Positions 38,452-47,702 of a DNA stretch of 64,000 bases are shown in pieces; position 1 is the stretch's first letter; every line of letters starts with the position of its first letter. The position numbers and the translations under genes were made by a program. The stretch is from a virus. The stretch is from positions 1 to 64,000 of IMG/VR virus record IMGVR_UViG_3300035113_000077, one strand, 5' to 3'. The notes beneath the pieces were generated by a model, which saw only the letters and a list, made by a program, of their open reading frames with translations, did not search any database and was not told the origin of the DNA.

Positions 38452-39411
38452 CTAGGGAAGTACGCATATTTCCTGCCTCCTATCAAATATCTCATCTAAC
38501 TCAAATTTTACTAAGTATTCTAAAGTTTTCCGATAGTTGTATAAATTCCAGTTTTGTCTATTCAGTCCTTTTTCATCCAGTTCTCGCATAATGTCTCTTA
38601 TGAGTCTATTTATTTCATTGGATAATCGAGGACTATCCACTTCAGTAATAATCTTACACAGATGATAGTTCTCATGCACTTGATACCACAACGATGCAAA
38701 TCTATCACTATGTAAATTAAATGGTTCTTTAGAATGCATGTGAAAGAACTTCAAGCTAGGGTCTAATCCAGACTTCAATAGCTTTACTGCTGTCTTAGCT
38801 CCAATGCCTTTTATTATGTTACTTATATTGTCGCTCTTATCTCCACAAAAGGCTCGCATCTTTCTATAGTCTTCTGGCTTAACTCCCCATCGTTTCTCTA
38901 CATACTTAGGAGTTATAATTGTTCCTTTAACTCCACTTCTCCCCTGAGCAGCCCAAATCACAATCTTATCTGAAAGTAGTTGTTGAAAGTCTCTATCTCC
39001 ACTATAAATGATTACTTGAGTTTCTTTATCTGCAATATAGGTAGCTAGTATTCCGATCAAGTCATCAGCTTCCAGCTTAGGAACTTCAAAATTCCAAATT
39101 CCCATCGTTGTCCATAGTTCTTTGAAAATTGGAATCTGAGAATTTACTATAGTTCTAATCTTGCTTAGATGAGCACGATTGCCTTTGTATTCTTTCTTTC
39201 TGCCTTTTGTTAGTTCATGTCTCCATGTTTTTCCTGCACCATCCCACACTATAATCATTGGAATGTAGTTTAGTTTTCTTTGGAGACTTAGTAACATATT
39301 TGTGGCCCCAAATATAACTGATGTCGATTGTCCATGGCTAGACAAAGCAGAATGAGTGAAATGTGACCTATATGCTAAATTTCTGCCATCAACTAGAAGT
39401 ACTTGTTTCAT
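38452..39411 (-). CDS. 5'-3' exonuclease / flap endonuclease (PolI N-terminal type)
   Basis: LLVDG.NLAYRS, VWDG, YKGNR, EADDLIG, SGDRDFQQL, GDKSDNI..IKGIGAKTA.KLL. Confidence 0.92.
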   Translation of the reverse strand: MKQVLLVDGRNLAYRSHFTHSALSSHGQSTSVIFGATNMLLSLQRKLNYIPMIIVWDGAGKTWRHELTKGRKKEYKGNRAHLSKIRTIVNSQIPIFKELWTTMGIWNFEVPKLEADDLIGILATYIADKETQVIIYSGDRDFQQLLSDKIVIWAAQGRSGVKGTIITPKYVEKRWGVKPEDYRKMRAFCGDKSDNISNIIKGIGAKTAVKLLKSGLDPSLKFFHMHSKEPFNLHSDRFASLWYQVHENYHLCKIITEVDSPRLSNEINRLIRDIMRELDEKGLNRQNWNLYNYRKTLEYLVKFELDEIFDRRQEICVLP

Positions 39412-39794
39412 CTTGGTAACTTCGGATGTTCATTAAATTCAATAACTAAGTGTAAGTACTTTCCAATATTACTTCTTAATTCTTCCATCAAGTCATGGCC
39501 ACCAATAATTAAGTCTTCATCTGTCCAAAGATATCCTGTTATATCGCTGTAGGCCATACAATATGTTACTTCACCCATTCCGTATAGTTCTTTCAAAAAT
39601 TCTTCTTCTGGGTTTTCTACTGGTTCATCACTTATGTAATAATGTACTGATAAATAATTTCCATTTTCTCTAATATCTGATTCTATAGTTTCAGCTAAGA
39701 TTTCATCATTTAATTTCAAAACTTCTGTTTCAGTATTATTTCCTTCTACTAATATTCCTTTGTATATCTTTTCAACTGACATTCTGAACTCCAC
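39408..39794 (-). CDS. hypothetical acidic protein
   Basis: YS..TGYLWTDE...IGGHDL..EL....GKYL motif. Confidence 0.55.
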   Translation of the reverse strand: MEFRMSVEKIYKGILVEGNNTETEVLKLNDEILAETIESDIRENGNYLSVHYYISDEPVENPEEEFLKELYGMGEVTYCMAYSDITGYLWTDEDLIIGGHDLMEELRSNIGKYLHLVIEFNEHPKLPR

Positions 39795-40746
39795 GATAAT
39801 CTGTTGCCAACATCGACTTAATCTTTATTTCAATTGCCCAAGTGAATAATTCTGCATGAGTAAATAGTCTAACAATATACTTTTTGCCATGATTTACATA
39901 AGCATTATTTATATCTTTAAACTTTGGATTCATAAAAGATACATAAACATTAAACTCTGCTTCTTTCAATTTCTTCAAATCTTTCAATGCACCTTTTAGT
40001 CCAGGTCTGTCCATATCAGGCACACGAATTATTTTCTTATAGTGCTTCAATAACTTTAGATCTTTATCTCTTAACACTCTACCCGGGATTCCAATTACAT
40101 CTACTCCATATTGAGATAAAACTCTTTCACCAGATAGTTTATCAATAGCACCTTCAACTAGCATTGCAACATCAGACTTTTTCTCAGGTACTCCATACAA
40201 AGTCTTTTTGCCCTTTGAATTCTTATAGCGCAGAAATTGCTTTCCTGTGAAATCTCTTCCAATGTATCCATAGAGCTTATCTTTACGAAAAATAGGTAGA
40301 ATAATTCTATTGCTATATGGACCAGCAAGGCAGAAGCCAATCTGATATTTTTCAATTTGTCTATCACTTATTCCCCTATCCCTCAAGTAATGATAAGCTT
40401 TACGAAAGTCTTTATCTTTTTTCAGTGGCCATAATAGTTCAAATGATTTAGGTAGCTGACCATCGAATTCTTTCTTTTCTTCAATCCGAGAAGTTAGTTC
40501 TTCGATGTTTTCTTTTTCTATTTCTAATTTCTTAAGAACTTTATCTATAGTATCATGTCTAGATGCCCATGAGCAGTTAAAACAATAAGCAACATTCTTT
40601 TTTACATTGATTCCTAATCTAAATCTTGTATCTAATGTTTCACCTTGGTCAAAGCAAAATGGGCAACAGATATTAATTTCATTTGGTTTATCATCGCTAG
40701 CATGATTTTCAATTCCACGAATATCTAATAGCTCTTTGAAATTCAT
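39772..40746 (-). CDS. DNA primase
   Basis: CPFC...CFNC Zn domain; YL..RGI, RII.PI, GR, Y.NS; TOPRIM LVEG.ID and PDMD.PG. Confidence 0.88.
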   Translation of the reverse strand: MNFKELLDIRGIENHASDDKPNEINICCPFCFDQGETLDTRFRLGINVKKNVAYCFNCSWASRHDTIDKVLKKLEIEKENIEELTSRIEEKKEFDGQLPKSFELLWPLKKDKDFRKAYHYLRDRGISDRQIEKYQIGFCLAGPYSNRIILPIFRKDKLYGYIGRDFTGKQFLRYKNSKGKKTLYGVPEKKSDVAMLVEGAIDKLSGERVLSQYGVDVIGIPGRVLRDKDLKLLKHYKKIIRVPDMDRPGLKGALKDLKKLKEAEFNVYVSFMNPKFKDINNAYVNHGKKYIVRLFTHAELFTWAIEIKIKSMLATDYRGVQNVS

Positions 40747-40748
40747 TC

Positions 40749-41174
40749 TTATTGACCCATTACGCAACCAGGGCTAATACCTACTGCTTCGCTCCAACAA
40801 TATCCATCTTTATATTTTTTAATTCTAATAATATCATTTTCTTTTAGCATTGAACAAACTTGAATATGGTCTCCCCACGCACGAAATGTCATTTGCATAT
40901 TATCCACTTCAACATTAAATTGGCAACCTTCAATTTTATAAACTATAGTTGATTTGTCATTTTCTTTACCAGCAATTGCTCCAACAATGGCCCCCGTTTT
41001 TCCTGCTACTAACCCACCTACAATTGCACCCGGTATAGTATCATCTTCATTATTCTTAGTTTCAGGTTGAAGTAATATTCTTACATCCGTAACTTTTGCT
41101 TTTAATTCAAGTGGTGGTTTATCTATTTCACATCCAATTACAAACAATATAAATATTACAAAAATACTTTTCAT
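40749..41174 (-). CDS. lipoprotein with glycine-zipper motif
   Basis: Lipobox VIG|C; GAIVGGLVAGKTGAIVGA. Confidence 0.6.
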   Translation of the reverse strand: MKSIFVIFILFVIGCEIDKPPLELKAKVTDVRILLQPETKNNEDDTIPGAIVGGLVAGKTGAIVGAIAGKENDKSTIVYKIEGCQFNVEVDNMQMTFRAWGDHIQVCSMLKENDIIRIKKYKDGYCWSEAVGISPGCVMGQ

Positions 41175-41175
41175 A

Positions 41176-42543
41176 TTAGTCCTTTTCCTTCTTTGCTTTC
41201 TTAGCTTCTCTTCGATACTGTTTTAATGTTCTATCTCTGTCAAAGAACGTACCGTGCTCGAAGTCACTAAAGATGTTCCATCCAATTTCAGACTTATCAT
41301 TTTTGTTCTTGGTAACATATATGAATTTACTATCATCACCCCAATCACCTTTACCTACACCTATGCAACAAAAACTTTTCTTGATCTTACCATAATCTTC
41401 CCCGATCAATTCTTTGGTAATATATTTCTTACCTTCACCTTTTCTATTTGTCTGAGCAGCAATCCATCCAAGAAGATTCCTTCTTGCCATTAATCGTCTA
41501 TAATCTTTATGGATATCAGATAGTTCCATTCTTCTACCGGCAGCATCCTTACCATACTTAACTGCCGGTTCGATTTCTTCATCATAGTCTGTTAGAATGG
41601 CATCAGCAATGAATCCTTTATTTCTTTCTCTCTCCCAAATTTCTTCTATTCTAGCAACAGATACTCCACCTTCAGTTCCATCTATAATTTTTAATCTAGA
41701 ATGAATTAGTAATTTTATCTTTCTAAACTTTCTTCTAAATTTCCTATTCTGATCACCAAGTTCTTTTGTAGCTATTCCAGTTAATAAGGCATCAAATCTA
41801 TCTTCAGTAATTTCTCTATTATCTTCAAGAGTAATATAAATAACATTTAAGCCTTGTAGGATATAAGCAAATGCAATCCAAATCAATAAAAGTGATTTTC
41901 CATTTCCAGAAGGGGCTAAAGCAATTCCATATTGCTTTCTAGTAATAGCTCTAATACTTTCATCCCACGGATCAATTAGTAGTAGTGGATATCTAACAAA
42001 TCGTTTCTGAGCTTCTCTACGTTTTATTCTATCTTCTGTATTGGTTAGGTAGTCAGTTGATTCATGCTTATTCTCACTGAAGCTCTCAACACCATTCATG
42101 CATATCTTGTACCACTGTTCGTCGGATAATTCACCTTTTTCCAATAGCTCAGCAGCACGTTCTACAGCTATTTTCTTCAGTCTATTCTTTTTGAATTTAA
42201 TTACTTTTTCAGCTACTGAATCTACTGATATAATATCTCGTTTTGTATCGCTAACTTCCTTTACAATTTTGAGAAGCTTTTCAGTTTGCTTCTCACCCAT
42301 TTTCTTTTCATCAGCATAGTCAATGATGAAAGTTCTAAGTAAAGGACCAATTGGTTCTCTAGTCTTATTCCAATGTTCAAAAGCTAATTTCGCAATTGTA
42401 TGATTTTCATAACCATCATCTTTACTTACTGGTTTAAAGTCATCAGCAGATAAAAGGTATCCAGTATCACGTAAAAAATTTCTATCTCTACAAATGAAAC
42501 TAAGTAATATCTTTTGAAACTCAATGTCTCTGATGATATTCAT
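41176..42543 (-). CDS. DnaB-like replicative helicase
   Basis: LAPSGNGKS Walker A, YITLE, DY, AAQTNR, KNK. Confidence 0.88.
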   Translation of the reverse strand: MNIIRDIEFQKILLSFICRDRNFLRDTGYLLSADDFKPVSKDDGYENHTIAKLAFEHWNKTREPIGPLLRTFIIDYADEKKMGEKQTEKLLKIVKEVSDTKRDIISVDSVAEKVIKFKKNRLKKIAVERAAELLEKGELSDEQWYKICMNGVESFSENKHESTDYLTNTEDRIKRREAQKRFVRYPLLLIDPWDESIRAITRKQYGIALAPSGNGKSLLLIWIAFAYILQGLNVIYITLEDNREITEDRFDALLTGIATKELGDQNRKFRRKFRKIKLLIHSRLKIIDGTEGGVSVARIEEIWERERNKGFIADAILTDYDEEIEPAVKYGKDAAGRRMELSDIHKDYRRLMARRNLLGWIAAQTNRKGEGKKYITKELIGEDYGKIKKSFCCIGVGKGDWGDDSKFIYVTKNKNDKSEIGWNIFSDFEHGTFFDRDRTLKQYRREAKKAKKEKD

Positions 42544-42547
42544 TTAG

Positions 42548-43087
42548 CTAAAATTTCCCACTCTTATAAATCTTAGCTCCTTCAACACTAGGATCATTAT
42601 TATATCTACCTTTATACAAATGTTCTTCACGAACTTCTTCATGTTGAAAGAAAACTACTTGACCAATTCTAATTCCTGGCTTCAAAATAATACGTGTGTA
42701 GTTTGTCATATTCTTAAGTTCCATTGTTAGAACACTATTATGCCATCCCGGGTCACACCACCCAGCCATCATATGACTAAGTCCACATCTACCAGCAGTA
42801 CTTTTCATTTTAAATTCTGCACTAATATTTCTAGGAATGAAAAACATTTGCTCTGAACATCCTAAAATAAATTGACCAGGAGAAAGAACATAACCATTAC
42901 TAATGTCCACTTTTTGCATTTCCATTCCAGTTTTATTTATTTCAATTGTTTTATCACAAATAGTTTCAGTAAATATTTCTTTTCCAAGAGTTATATCTAT
43001 GCTAGCAGGATTCATTAAGTCCATTGTAACATTTGTAATAACTCCATTTTTAACTAGTTCTTCAAGTTTATGTCTGACTAATATCAT
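42548..43087 (-). CDS. dcd: dCTP deaminase
   Basis: NPASIDITLG, PGQFILG, KST.GR.GL.H..AG..DPGW, LT.EL.N, G.RIGQ..F, Y.GRY. Confidence 0.85.
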   Translation of the reverse strand: MILVRHKLEELVKNGVITNVTMDLMNPASIDITLGKEIFTETICDKTIEINKTGMEMQKVDISNGYVLSPGQFILGCSEQMFFIPRNISAEFKMKSTAGRCGLSHMMAGWCDPGWHNSVLTMELKNMTNYTRIILKPGIRIGQVVFFQHEEVREEHLYKGRYNNDPSVEGAKIYKSGKF

Positions 43088-43109
43088 TTATTTTCACCTT
43101 CATAAAAGA

Positions 43110-43724
43110 TTATACAGATTCGCGAAGTTGAACTATTTGGTCTAAAATATCTTTCTTCAATTCTTTCATTGCTTCACTTTCAAATTGTTCGTTTGCCATA
43201 GTTGCTATTCCTTCTGATCTAGGTTTTATAACTGGTGGATTTCCTCTAAGTTTATATCTTAAGTCATTTGCAAAATTTTCACATTGCTTCTTCTTATTCC
43301 ATCTTCTAACTAGCTTTATATACTGATCTTGAGTTGGCCTATAAATCCATCCTTCACTTTTAGCTTTAATGAAGTTTCCAAATGATACTATATAGATTCC
43401 ACGAAAGCCATGACTATTACCTAAATTTCTAGGTTGAACATCATTCCATTTAAGATTCTTTAACTCTTCTTCAGCTTCATTCAAAACTCCAAGGAATGTA
43501 TTTCTTTCGATTGTAATTTTTCTTACTGTATTGTCGAATAGTTCATATTCTTGGTCTGGAGTAAAAGCCTTAGAGCTATTTTTTATTGTACGTGTCACAA
43601 CATCATTGGCTAGTCTATTTATTTTCTCTTCTACTGATATGGATTGTTTCTGTACTGTTTGTTCCTTATTTCCTTCAACTGTTTCTGGTTTCTGCTGGAT
43701 AAGTTCTTCTCTCTGCTCTTCCAT
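43110..43724 (-). CDS. hypothetical protein
   Basis: Long ORF with AAGGA RBS. Confidence 0.55.
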   Translation of the reverse strand: MEEQREELIQQKPETVEGNKEQTVQKQSISVEEKINRLANDVVTRTIKNSSKAFTPDQEYELFDNTVRKITIERNTFLGVLNEAEEELKNLKWNDVQPRNLGNSHGFRGIYIVSFGNFIKAKSEGWIYRPTQDQYIKLVRRWNKKKQCENFANDLRYKLRGNPPVIKPRSEGIATMANEQFESEAMKELKKDILDQIVQLRESV

Positions 43725-44227
43725 TTGATTTCCTTCTTATACTTACTAATAAAATGCTGAGGATTATGTGCTTGCAGGATGCTGGTAAATCTAGCTTTCT
43801 TTCTTCGATCTTTTCTTGGTTGAATAAGACTTACAATTCGATCTTTTTCTGCCTGTTGCCAAGTTGACTTATTTTCACCATTGGGAAACTCTCTAAATAT
43901 TCTTTCTCTAATTATTTCTTCTGACTTCCTACCCACTAGAGTTGCTACTCTACATCCTAAAGATGATTTAACTTTGAATCTACTAAATTGCTTTGACCAA
44001 ATCTTTATAAGAAATTTAAGCATCCATCGAATACTAACTCTATACCTATCTCGCCAAGTATATAATGTCAATAACCTAAGCTCATCGTCGTGCTTTAAAT
44101 TGTACAATCTACGATTGAAGTCTTCCTTTAATACTTCATTGATAATAACTCTAAGTCTAAATATTCTTTTCTGGAGTCTTAGCTTCTCTTGCTTGTAGAA
44201 TCGTTTCTTAAGTTTCTTTTGATTCAT
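43631..44227 (-). CDS. basic hypothetical protein
   Basis: Long ORF with AGGAG RBS; ends YRNNPY. Confidence 0.55.
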   Translation of the reverse strand: MNQKKLKKRFYKQEKLRLQKRIFRLRVIINEVLKEDFNRRLYNLKHDDELRLLTLYTWRDRYRVSIRWMLKFLIKIWSKQFSRFKVKSSLGCRVATLVGRKSEEIIRERIFREFPNGENKSTWQQAEKDRIVSLIQPRKDRRKKARFTSILQAHNPQHFISKYKKEIKWKSREKNLSSRNQKQLKEIRNKQYRNNPYQ

Positions 44228-44266
44228 TTATCATATTTCTCCTCTGCGTTCTCCCGCGCCACGGTG

Positions 44267-44662
44267 TTACTTTGCTAATTTCAATCGTCTAATCTCTGAT
44301 CCTAATTCCAAAGCATTAAATTCGGGCGGCGATAGCACTGCGATTACCACACCGTTCTTAGTAATGCTGAACACTTTTCCCATTTGTGCCTGAAGCAGAA
44401 TGTCTCCGGGGGTGCGCCTGAAGTCCATAGCTGTTATCGTTTCTGTCTGGCCCGAGAGAGCAACACTTTTTGCCAACGTTTTACGTGTTCTCTGTTGTAT
44501 AACGAGGGTTCGGTCAGATGTGAGCCTAATAACGCCATCTGCAAGCATCTTCAATAATTCAGTTTTCACGTCTCCATCTGCAATCCCTTGCCCTGACAGT
44601 TTCTCTAAGAGAGCCACTGGCTTTATTGGAACGCTAGCTAAAATTTCGTTGTGAATGCTCAT
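44267..44662 (-). CDS. Phd/YefM antitoxin-domain protein with N-terminal extension
   Basis: ATG after GGAGG; C-half TITAMDFRRTPGDILLQAQMGKVFSITKNGVVIAVLSP fits the Phd_YefM pattern. Confidence 0.7.
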   Translation of the reverse strand: MSIHNEILASVPIKPVALLEKLSGQGIADGDVKTELLKMLADGVIRLTSDRTLVIQQRTRKTLAKSVALSGQTETITAMDFRRTPGDILLQAQMGKVFSITKNGVVIAVLSPPEFNALELGSEIRRLKLAK

Positions 44663-45260
44663 TTCCCTCCTTGGTTGCGCTCTCCGGGGATGGAACGGGG
44701 CTGGGTTCTTCTTCAGGAAGGACTTCAAGGTATCCCGAAAACCCCCATGATGGTTTCTGTTTTGGCTTCGGCCCCTGCCCCTGTGCGCCGTATCCGTGCT
44801 GGCGCAGAATGGCTGTAACTTCAGAAATGCGAGTGTGTTCTGGAGTTTCTTCAAACACTTGGTAATATTTGTCAATCTCCCTCGCCACTTCCTCTACCGG
44901 GGCGCTCTGGGCCGCAAGTCTCTTTCCGTATGCGCGTATCCAGTCCCAATCTGGATTACACGGACAATGTTCAACAATAGTTCCGTCTGGCTTAACGATA
45001 TTCGCCATCACGTTGTAATTGGCTCCGCAAATACCAATGCTTTGACAGTCAAACTCTTCACCGCATCTCATACAACGATGTTTGTGCTTTCTCGCCCGTG
45101 CAGTAATTTCTGTTATATCGCTTTTATTAGTTTGACAATCTTCAGCTACATGACCAATATGAGAAAGAATTTCTTTGCGAATTATTACAGCACGTTTATG
45201 AGCTTTAAGATTCCATGATCCAATATCCAAAAGTTCATCAAGCAATTCTTTGACTTTCAT
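44634..45260 (-). CDS. hypothetical, apparently chimeric protein
   Basis: AT-rich 5' part, GC-richer 3' part; HRCMRC/C..C motif. Confidence 0.45.
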   Translation of the reverse strand: MKVKELLDELLDIGSWNLKAHKRAVIIRKEILSHIGHVAEDCQTNKSDITEITARARKHKHRCMRCGEEFDCQSIGICGANYNVMANIVKPDGTIVEHCPCNPDWDWIRAYGKRLAAQSAPVEEVAREIDKYYQVFEETPEHTRISEVTAILRQHGYGAQGQGPKPKQKPSWGFSGYLEVLPEEEPSPVPSPESATKEGNEHSQRNFS

Positions 45261-45821
45261 TTCCAATTCCTTCCTGTGAGAACACAGCTAATAGCAATAG
45301 CTTTACTGCTTCCAGTAAATTGACCTTCACTAAGAATTGTGCAATTCTCTTCAATTCCACTATCCTTGTCATGAAGGATAATAGCTCCAACTTGATCAGA
45401 AAGTTTCTGTACATATAAAACTTCTATTCTTTCAGGAGCACTAGCTTTTACTTTATCTACTTTATCATTGTTGTCATCAATTATAGCTAATGTTAACAGC
45501 ACCAAAATTAAAATTACAAAAAATATCTGTTTTGAAAATTTTCATTCATTTCAGTTTTCTCTTTCTGCTATCAATGTAACTTTATGCTTAGCTGAACCAA
45601 ACTTCCCAATTCCAAAATTCTTCATCACTCCAGTAAATGCTAGTGGCTCTGATCTATATTTTGTCTGCTGAGTAATCATCAGTTCCACTACAGCTTTAGG
45701 TGGAAGCCTCTTCAGATACTTAATTAATTTCCTCACTGATAATGGTCTATTTCTCTTTTGAGTTTCTTTACTTATTTTTTCAATTACTCTAGAATATTCA
45801 ACTAGAAAATTATCTTCTCTT

Positions 45822-46244
45822 TTAATCTTCATCTTGTTTTATCTCTGACTTCTTCAACAAGCTAACAACTTTCTCTACATTAGATGTTGCAGCTTTAATC
45901 TCACTAGACTTTTTATTTGCCTGTTTAATTATCTCTGCAATCAATTCGTCTAATTGATCTGATAATTGAATTCTAATATTACGACTACAGTCATTCAATG
46001 GAGTTATTGAATTTAGTGATTCTACATAGATTCTCCATTTACCATTGTGTTTTTTATAGACTAAATATAATTCAGATAGCTTTGTTGGAATACTAGCTTC
46101 TACTCCAAAGTGTTTCTGAGCTAGAATTTCTTCTAAATCTAAAATTGCTTTTCTTAATTGATCACTTGCTTCATTTATACTTCTAGCTGCTTCTTCAAAA
46201 TCTTTTTCATAAAACTGCATTTTTCTTTTCCTACTTAATTTCAT
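45822..46244 (-). CDS. hypothetical coiled-coil protein
   Basis: ORF in a tightly packed operon. Confidence 0.5.
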   Translation of the reverse strand: MKLSRKRKMQFYEKDFEEAARSINEASDQLRKAILDLEEILAQKHFGVEASIPTKLSELYLVYKKHNGKWRIYVESLNSITPLNDCSRNIRIQLSDQLDELIAEIIKQANKKSSEIKAATSNVEKVVSLLKKSEIKQDED

Positions 46245-46569
46245 TTAACTTATTGATTTCAGCAACAGCTAATCCTAGCTTATATCCTGCATAAAAAATA
46301 TCAACTAATGAATCTCTAATTGGCAATTCTTCTATAAACTTCAATTTATCTTCCGATGATTGTGAACTTAAATCTTTTGGCATCAATAGCATTCCAAGTA
46401 AGCTAATCATCCCTGTTGCTTGGATTATAGCTTTAAACTTTTCACTGTTGATTAATGCTTTGACTATTAATTGAAAATCTTCTCCATTTTTAATTCCAAA
46501 ATTTGTTTTGCTGTACTGATGCATTTTAACTAAAATTTCATCAATCTGAACTGCTGATATCTCTACCAT
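46231..46569 (-). CDS. hypothetical protein
   Basis: AGGAG RBS. Confidence 0.5.
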   Translation of the reverse strand: MVEISAVQIDEILVKMHQYSKTNFGIKNGEDFQLIVKALINSEKFKAIIQATGMISLLGMLLMPKDLSSQSSEDKLKFIEELPIRDSLVDIFYAGYKLGLAVAEINKLNEIK

Positions 46570-46574
46570 TTCTT

Positions 46575-46704
46575 TTCTCCTATTTACATATACATTATGT
46601 ATTATGAATAACGGTTATATGTAACATATACATATACGTTTATTAGTTATTAACTATAGCTCTATAACTTAAGTTATGATCTTATACTACTTCGTAGTAT
46701 AAGA
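46575..46704. promoter_or_regulatory. AT-rich intergenic cluster of palindromes (operator/origin-like)
   Basis: TCTTATACTAC-TTC-GTAGTATAAGA 11-bp hairpin (46680-46704) and ATAACTTAAGTTAT palindrome (46664-46677) in about 130 nt of AT-rich DNA. Confidence 0.45.
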
Positions 46705-46713
46705 AAGAACTTT

Positions 46714-47166
46714 CTACTTGAACTCTGGATTTCCAGCACACATAAACTTTCTTTCCAGAGATGATAACTTTTGTTTACTAGTCTTAACCCATCTACCCTT
46801 CGGAGAGAATTTTGTGTAAATCACTGATTTATTTCTCTTTAAATAAAACACTGGTAGTGGTTCGTTGGATTTGAATGTAGTCTGTTTATCTTTCCAGATA
46901 ACTTTCTTTTTTCTTGTAGCTTTAATTCCAATAGCTCTCTGGTTTCTTTTAATTTTACGTTTCTTAGCTTTATCTTTATCTTCACACTTACTACAAATTG
47001 TTTTTCTACCTTCTACTGTATTTTTACATTTCAATCGTCTACATCTAAAGATATCACCTTTACTAAAATGAAATCTATCGAAACACTTTTGTGGTTGAAA
47101 TCTCTCTGGTAGTTGTTTTCTATCATCTTTGGTTCCACCACAAGTTGGACATTTATCTTTTTTCAT
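46714..47166 (-). CDS. basic Zn-finger-like hypothetical protein
   Basis: CPTCGG...C.D.FH; C....C...CSKC. Confidence 0.5.
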   Translation of the reverse strand: MKKDKCPTCGGTKDDRKQLPERFQPQKCFDRFHFSKGDIFRCRRLKCKNTVEGRKTICSKCEDKDKAKKRKIKRNQRAIGIKATRKKKVIWKDKQTTFKSNEPLPVFYLKRNKSVIYTKFSPKGRWVKTSKQKLSSLERKFMCAGNPEFK

Positions 47167-47375
47167 ATGGTCTCACCAAAGAAGTCTTTAATTTTATCTT
47201 TGCACGGAAGACAAATTGTCAATGTAACTTCTTCACCAAATTGAATTAGTGTAAATGCACCTTGATCTATGGTGTTCTTACAAAATACATTTGCACACCT
47301 AGTCTGTAACCATCCAGATTTTATAGGCTTATCAGCTTTAATTTTTTGTTTTTTCATTGTGACCATTACTCCAAT

Positions 47376-47666
47376 TTAATTCCACTTTTGTAGTTCAGAG
47401 TGCTCTGTACCTTCAGAAGCTCTTTCACCATTTTTAATACGTTTCAAAGCATCTTCTAAAAGAAGAATCGCACAATTTTTACAAAGCTCAGCTTCCCTTA
47501 ATTTTCCATTATTATGAACTCCACTATTGTTTTGTATTCTCACGTGAAGTCTTTCCCAACAACTTCCCTCTGATAAAGATGTTACAATATCAATTGAGTT
47601 ACTATACGTTTTCAATTTTTTATTACATTTATCACAATTATACGTTCTACTAATTAATGTTGACAT
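47376..47666 (-). CDS. Zn-ribbon hypothetical protein
   Basis: CDKC ... ELCKNC; AGGTGA RBS. Confidence 0.55.
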   Translation of the reverse strand: MSTLISRTYNCDKCNKKLKTYSNSIDIVTSLSEGSCWERLHVRIQNNSGVHNNGKLREAELCKNCAILLLEDALKRIKNGERASEGTEHSELQKWN

Positions 47667-47702
47667 TATTGTTCACCTAATATATTATACAGAAAGTGAC
47701 AT

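Noticed and set aside
44663-44875. N-terminal 71 aa of the listed ORF 44267-44875
   Set aside because: Overlaps ORF 44634-45260; a GGAGG-preceded ATG at 44662 is the better start.
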